Assembly: GCA_051294375.1 (NCBI GenBank)
Contig: CM119266.1
Span: forward strand, 3,784,420 to 3,848,419
Direction: 5' to 3'
Source of the DNA: Paraspadella gotoi
Lineage: Eukaryota > Animalia > Chaetognatha
Length of the DNA: 64,000 nucleotides
Shown here: positions 59,905 through 64,000 of the stretch, one piece after another
Position numbering within the stretch: position 1 is the first letter of the stretch
Layout of the letters: each line of letters starts with the position of its first letter
Translations under genes and position numbers: made by a program
The notes under the pieces: generated by a model
Databases searched by the model: none
What the model saw: the letters and a program-made list of their open reading frames with translations, nothing else
Told to the model about the DNA's origin: nothing

Positions 59905-60299
59905 TCATTCTCGCCAGAGTTTTTAACTACAACTCGCAAACTCGTGAAAAAAGTGATTTTCTCAAACCAAAAGGGGAGAAAATCACTCAACCTTTACTTC
60001 CCTCTCTCTCTCCCTCTCCCTCACCCTATCTCTCCCTCTCTCTCCCTCTCCCTCTCTCCCTCCCTCCCTCCCTCTCCGCGCCACCGCTCAGCTTTAGTTG
60101 ACATCTCGGTTATCTCGGGGTCACAAGGAAAAAAACAAAAAAACAAAAAAACAAAACGTTTCGTTTTCTCACAAAACGGTTTGTTTTTTTTTAGTTTTCT
60201 TTTCACGAAAGTCCAAACGACTAATTTTCAATATTTACAATCAAGAAAAGTTAAGATAATATTTGATATATTGGTTTATTTATTTATTTATCATTCATT

Positions 60300-60330
<31 letters not shown>

Positions 60331-60810
60331 TTTTTGTATTTTTTAATTAATTTATATATATATATATATATATTTATTCATCTCTATTTATCTATTTTCC
60401 TACTATCAACTCGGACTTGTGGCTGTAACTTAAACTAGCATATTAAGCCAGCATTTATAAATAAATATTATCAATTCTGACCGCGATAAAGATAGGAAAA
60501 CAACGGGGCTGAATAGATAGGGAGTTGTTTTCAGATGAGTTATTCTAATCGTCGTCGACTCGAATTCTCTTCTCTTTTCTTAGAAATGCTCTTTGATCTT
60601 TCGCCGACTCGATCTAAACTCAGTTCCGCCTGACTTGAATAAATTATGTTACCTTCGGTAATAAATATTAATTGATTAGTTATTTAGTTAGGTAATTAAG
60701 ATAATAATTCATTTATTAATAATCTATCGCTAACGCGAACTTTGAACTCGATGATATTTTGAACTTCGCTCCCTCTGTCTCTCTCTCCCTCTCTCTCTCT
60801 CTCTCTCCCT

Positions 60811-60868
<58 letters not shown>

Positions 60869-61302
60869 ACATTTCGATCTTTCTGTTCGCCAAAAATCTT
60901 CTTCGTCTTCAAATCTTGACAGAAGCGTAAAAATAAATTCTCGATGTCAAATGTAAAAATCTTTTCGAACGCGAAATACTTTTTTTTTCTTTCTTTTTTT
61001 CTTTCTTTTTTTTTCTTTCTTTTTTTTCTTTTTTTCTTTCTTTTTTTCTTTATTTTTTTCCGCGTCTTGAGCAGATATTATTTTTATTTTCTGCTTCGTT
61101 GATTCGAATTTATTTCCTCAAAGAATCGAAATGTATATTTAAAAAAAAAACAACTAAAATAATACTTAATTTTAGTCTTATAAGAGAGAAAAGTTCCATG
61201 CCACGCTATCGATTTTAAGAGAGGAGAGAGAAAGATAAAGGGAAGAGGAAGAAGAAGAAGTTCTAAAATAAATTTGAAAAAAGACGTGTCCTGTTTTTCT
61301 TG

Positions 61303-61373
<71 letters not shown>

Positions 61374-62040
61374 TCACTCTCTCTCTCTCTCCCCTTAAGC
61401 CAAGATGATCACCAAAATCTTCACCCTTTTCCATTTGACTTAACATTTCTTCCCATCCGCCCCTGCGATCTCCCATCTTTCCCCCCTCTTCCCATCCGCC
61501 TTCACCCCCCCCTCCCCCTCCGATTCATTTCCGATGAAGTCTAAATTTCCCCCCATTTTTTTCCCGCGCAAAGATAAAAAACTCTGCAGAAACCAATATT
61601 TGGGAAAAAAATCCAGAATTTTCTGATGAAAACCCAATTTATAAATTGCGCGATTTTTCGTTTTCGTTTGCGTCCGATTTTTCTCTTTCTGCGTCCGTTT
61701 TGTGTTTTTTGTGTTTTGTGTTTTGTGTGTGCGCGTGTGTCTGGTTTATTCTTTACGTGCGATCGCGCTTTGCTGCGTGTACTCATGGAACCGCGCGCGC
61801 ACTTTATCGGAAAAACTAAAAGTAAATAAAGAAATAAAAAAGAATCCTCGGCAATCATTAAAAATAAATACTATTAAATTCTACTAAAAATAAATACTAT
61901 ATTTGTCAAAATATCACAGAAAAACAAGAGATATGAATTTAAGAGAAAGGACGAAATAAAAATAAAAACATTGTCATGGACAAAACGTTTCACAAATGGC
62001 GTCGAAAATTCGTGGCAAAGAGATCATTCCATTGTTGTGG

Positions 62041-62276
62041 TTCCTTGGCACCTTCGCCCCAATTTCCTTGGCACCGCAACCTCCATTCCTTGGAACCGCT
62101 ACCTCCTTTCCTCAGCACTGCAACCTCTATTCCTTGGCACCGCAACCTCCATTTCTTGGCACCGCAACCTCGATTCCTTTGAACCGCAACCTCCATTCCT
62201 TGGCACCACAAACTCCATTCCTGAGCACTGCAACCCCAAATTCCTTGGCACCGTAACCACCATTACTTGGCACCGT
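62041..62276. repeat. Minisatellite, 22-bp unit TTCCTTGGCACCGCAACCTCCA, in the STPG1 3' UTR
   Basis: About 10-11 units abutting the STPG1 stop codon. Confidence 0.9.
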
Positions 62277-62440
62277 CAGATCCATCTCTTCGCTGCATTG
62301 AAATGAAAGGATGTCCTCCCAGCGCCGTTAGGGTCATAACTTCCCGGCGCCGGAGAATCTTCGCCGGAAAGGACGACCGGAAGAAGACGCGAAGTCGTTG
62401 AGACAAACATCGAAGAGGACATGTACTTTTTGGGGGGATC
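62276..62440 (-). CDS. STPG1: STPG1/MAPO2 (sperm-tail PG-rich repeat protein), last exon
   Basis: tttcag|. DPPKKYMSSSMFVSTTSRLLPVVLSGEDSPAPGSYDPNGAGRTSFHFNAAKRWI* resembles the STPG1 C-terminus as I recall it (SS..FVS.TSR...PGP..Y.P....SF..N..K.WI). Confidence 0.85.
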   Translation of the reverse strand, partial: DPPKKYMSSSMFVSTTSRLLPVVLSGEDSPAPGSYDPNGAGRTSFHFNAAKRWI

Positions 62441-62831
62441 CTGAAAAGGTCGCGGGTTCGAGTCTGAGTAGCTACGGGTTTTTTTTTCTTTTATTTTTTG
62501 GCTCATTTTTTGTCTACCAATAAGAATCAATATAAATTATAAATATAAATATAAATTATCCATCCGTTCAACGATAAACTTTCTTTCCTCTGACAGACGG
62601 AGCGTTAGGATCTCCTTTAGTCTTACATACAATATATATATATACAATATATATTAACACAACAAAATAATCCAAGTCTGCAACAGATTGTCTCGCTCTT
62701 TATCAAAGGTGAAGATAAGTTATTTATTGAATGAATGGATAATTTTAAATTGTTCGCTCGTTCGTTCTTTCTTTCTTTCTTTCTTTTTTTCTTTCTATCT
62801 TTCTTTCTTTCTCCCACCCAAATACACTAAC

Positions 62832-63058
62832 CTTAAACTTGACCACATCATATGCCCCAGGTCCGGGTTCCGGTTCCGGTTCCGGCAGCGGCATCGCCGG
62901 GGCCGAGATGCAGAGATAATGACGCCGCAGCGGTGGCGCCCCCTTTCCGGCGGCGTGGGTCCCGTCGCCGACGCCATCTCGGCCGGGAACGCCCTTAGCG
63001 CCGACCGCGGAGGCGTGGTAATGGCCCGGTCCGGGTACGGAGCTCTTGGCGGCCACGT
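62832..63058 (-). CDS. STPG1: STPG1 penultimate exon (PGPGxY repeats); start is 63058 or 63044
   Basis: SSVPGPGHY...RHYLCISAPAMPLPEPEPEPGPGAYDVVKFK, donor |gttagt phase 0. SHIPPO/STPG-type PGPGxY repeats. Confidence 0.85.
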
Positions 63059-63497
63059 CTGGGGCGGCGGGAGGAGGAGGAGGAGGATGGGAGGCGGCGG
63101 CGGCGGCGGCGGCGGCGGCGACGGATGACAGAGAACAGAATGAGAGATGAGAGAAAGAAATATATGAGGTCGAGGGCAGAAAAGGGAAAGTTGAATTAGC
63201 TCTTTCTTTAAGGACCTTTTCTTTTTCTTTTCTTTTCTTTTTTCCTTTTCTTTTCTTTTTCCTTTTCTTTTCTTTTCTTTTATCGCTTTTCTTTTCTTTT
63301 CTTTTCTTTTCTTTACTTTTCCTTTTTTCTCTTCTTTTTCCCTTTTATCTTCTCCCTTTCCTCCTTTTAAAAAGTTTTTTTCCCCTCGTGGGCGTCAACG
63401 TAGGCGTTTCCCCTCATTTGACTTACTTAACCTAACCCCACCCACCACCCCGCCACTCCCCCCCCCTCACCCTACCCTTCGCCCTCACATAACTCAC

Positions 63498-63742
63498 CGC
63501 GCTGACGAGAACTCGTTTAGTTTTCGACTCGAACACCGATCGGTAGGCGTTGTTGTTGTTGTTGTTATTCCCTATGACGTTTTTCCCTTTGATTTCGTCG
63601 TTGTTGTTGTTGTTGTTGTCGTTTTGAAATTGAGTTTTGACGTTGTATGTCCAGGGGGCGGGATTGGCGGCGAGCGGGTGACCGCCTGATTGTTCCGCGC
63701 AGATTCGGGGCAGAGCGGATTTGAAGGCGGCCCTCGCCGCGC
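63498..63742 (-). CDS. STPG1: STPG1 upstream exon
   Basis: cttaag|...|gtgagt. AARAAFKSALPRICAEQSGGHPLAANPAPWTYNVK...AYRSVFESKTKRVLVSA: FxS..R and PAPxxY repeat motifs, with poly-Asn runs. Confidence 0.75.
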
Positions 63743-64000
63743 CTTAAGTGAAAAGAAGGAGAAAGATCACGATTTGGAATTTAAATGATCTTATATGTTA
63801 CCTATTACATGTTACATGTTACATGTGAGTACAACTAACGGGCGTTTCTCTGGTTCTCTCGGTGATTCTTTAAACGTTACTCGTCGGCGCATTGAGTAAA
63901 ACCTAATACTTAGTTTCACCTAATGTTTCCGAGTTCCATGACAACCCAAGTATAAGTATAAGTATAAGTCTATGGCGACTCTAATTGACCTCAATCAACC

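Overview
AT-rich, intron-containing invertebrate animal genomic DNA (species not determinable) from a draft assembly with N gaps, many (AG)n/(CT)n microsatellites and gap-associated duplications. Manual splicing supports four protein-coding genes. (1) The TM3-to-C-terminus exons of a rhodopsin-class peptide GPCR of the FMRFamide/sex-peptide-receptor-like group (+, 21670-30544). (2) A complete two-exon SR splicing factor, SRSF3/RBP1-like (-, 32995-33933). (3) A signal-peptide + SRCR-domain gene (+, 48521-59056 or further). (4) The last three exons of STPG1/MAPO2 (-, 62276-63742). The rest is minisatellites, MITE/foldback elements, tRNA-derived SINEs and Helentron-type (HINE) elements, some nested. 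Most ORFs in the supplied track are microsatellite artefacts. I found no prokaryotic-type system and no CRISPR array. The most intriguing non-coding item is a GC-rich island at about 16.05-16.19 kb that fits a degenerate HDV-like ribozyme topology. All family assignments come from motif recognition by eye; no database search was run.
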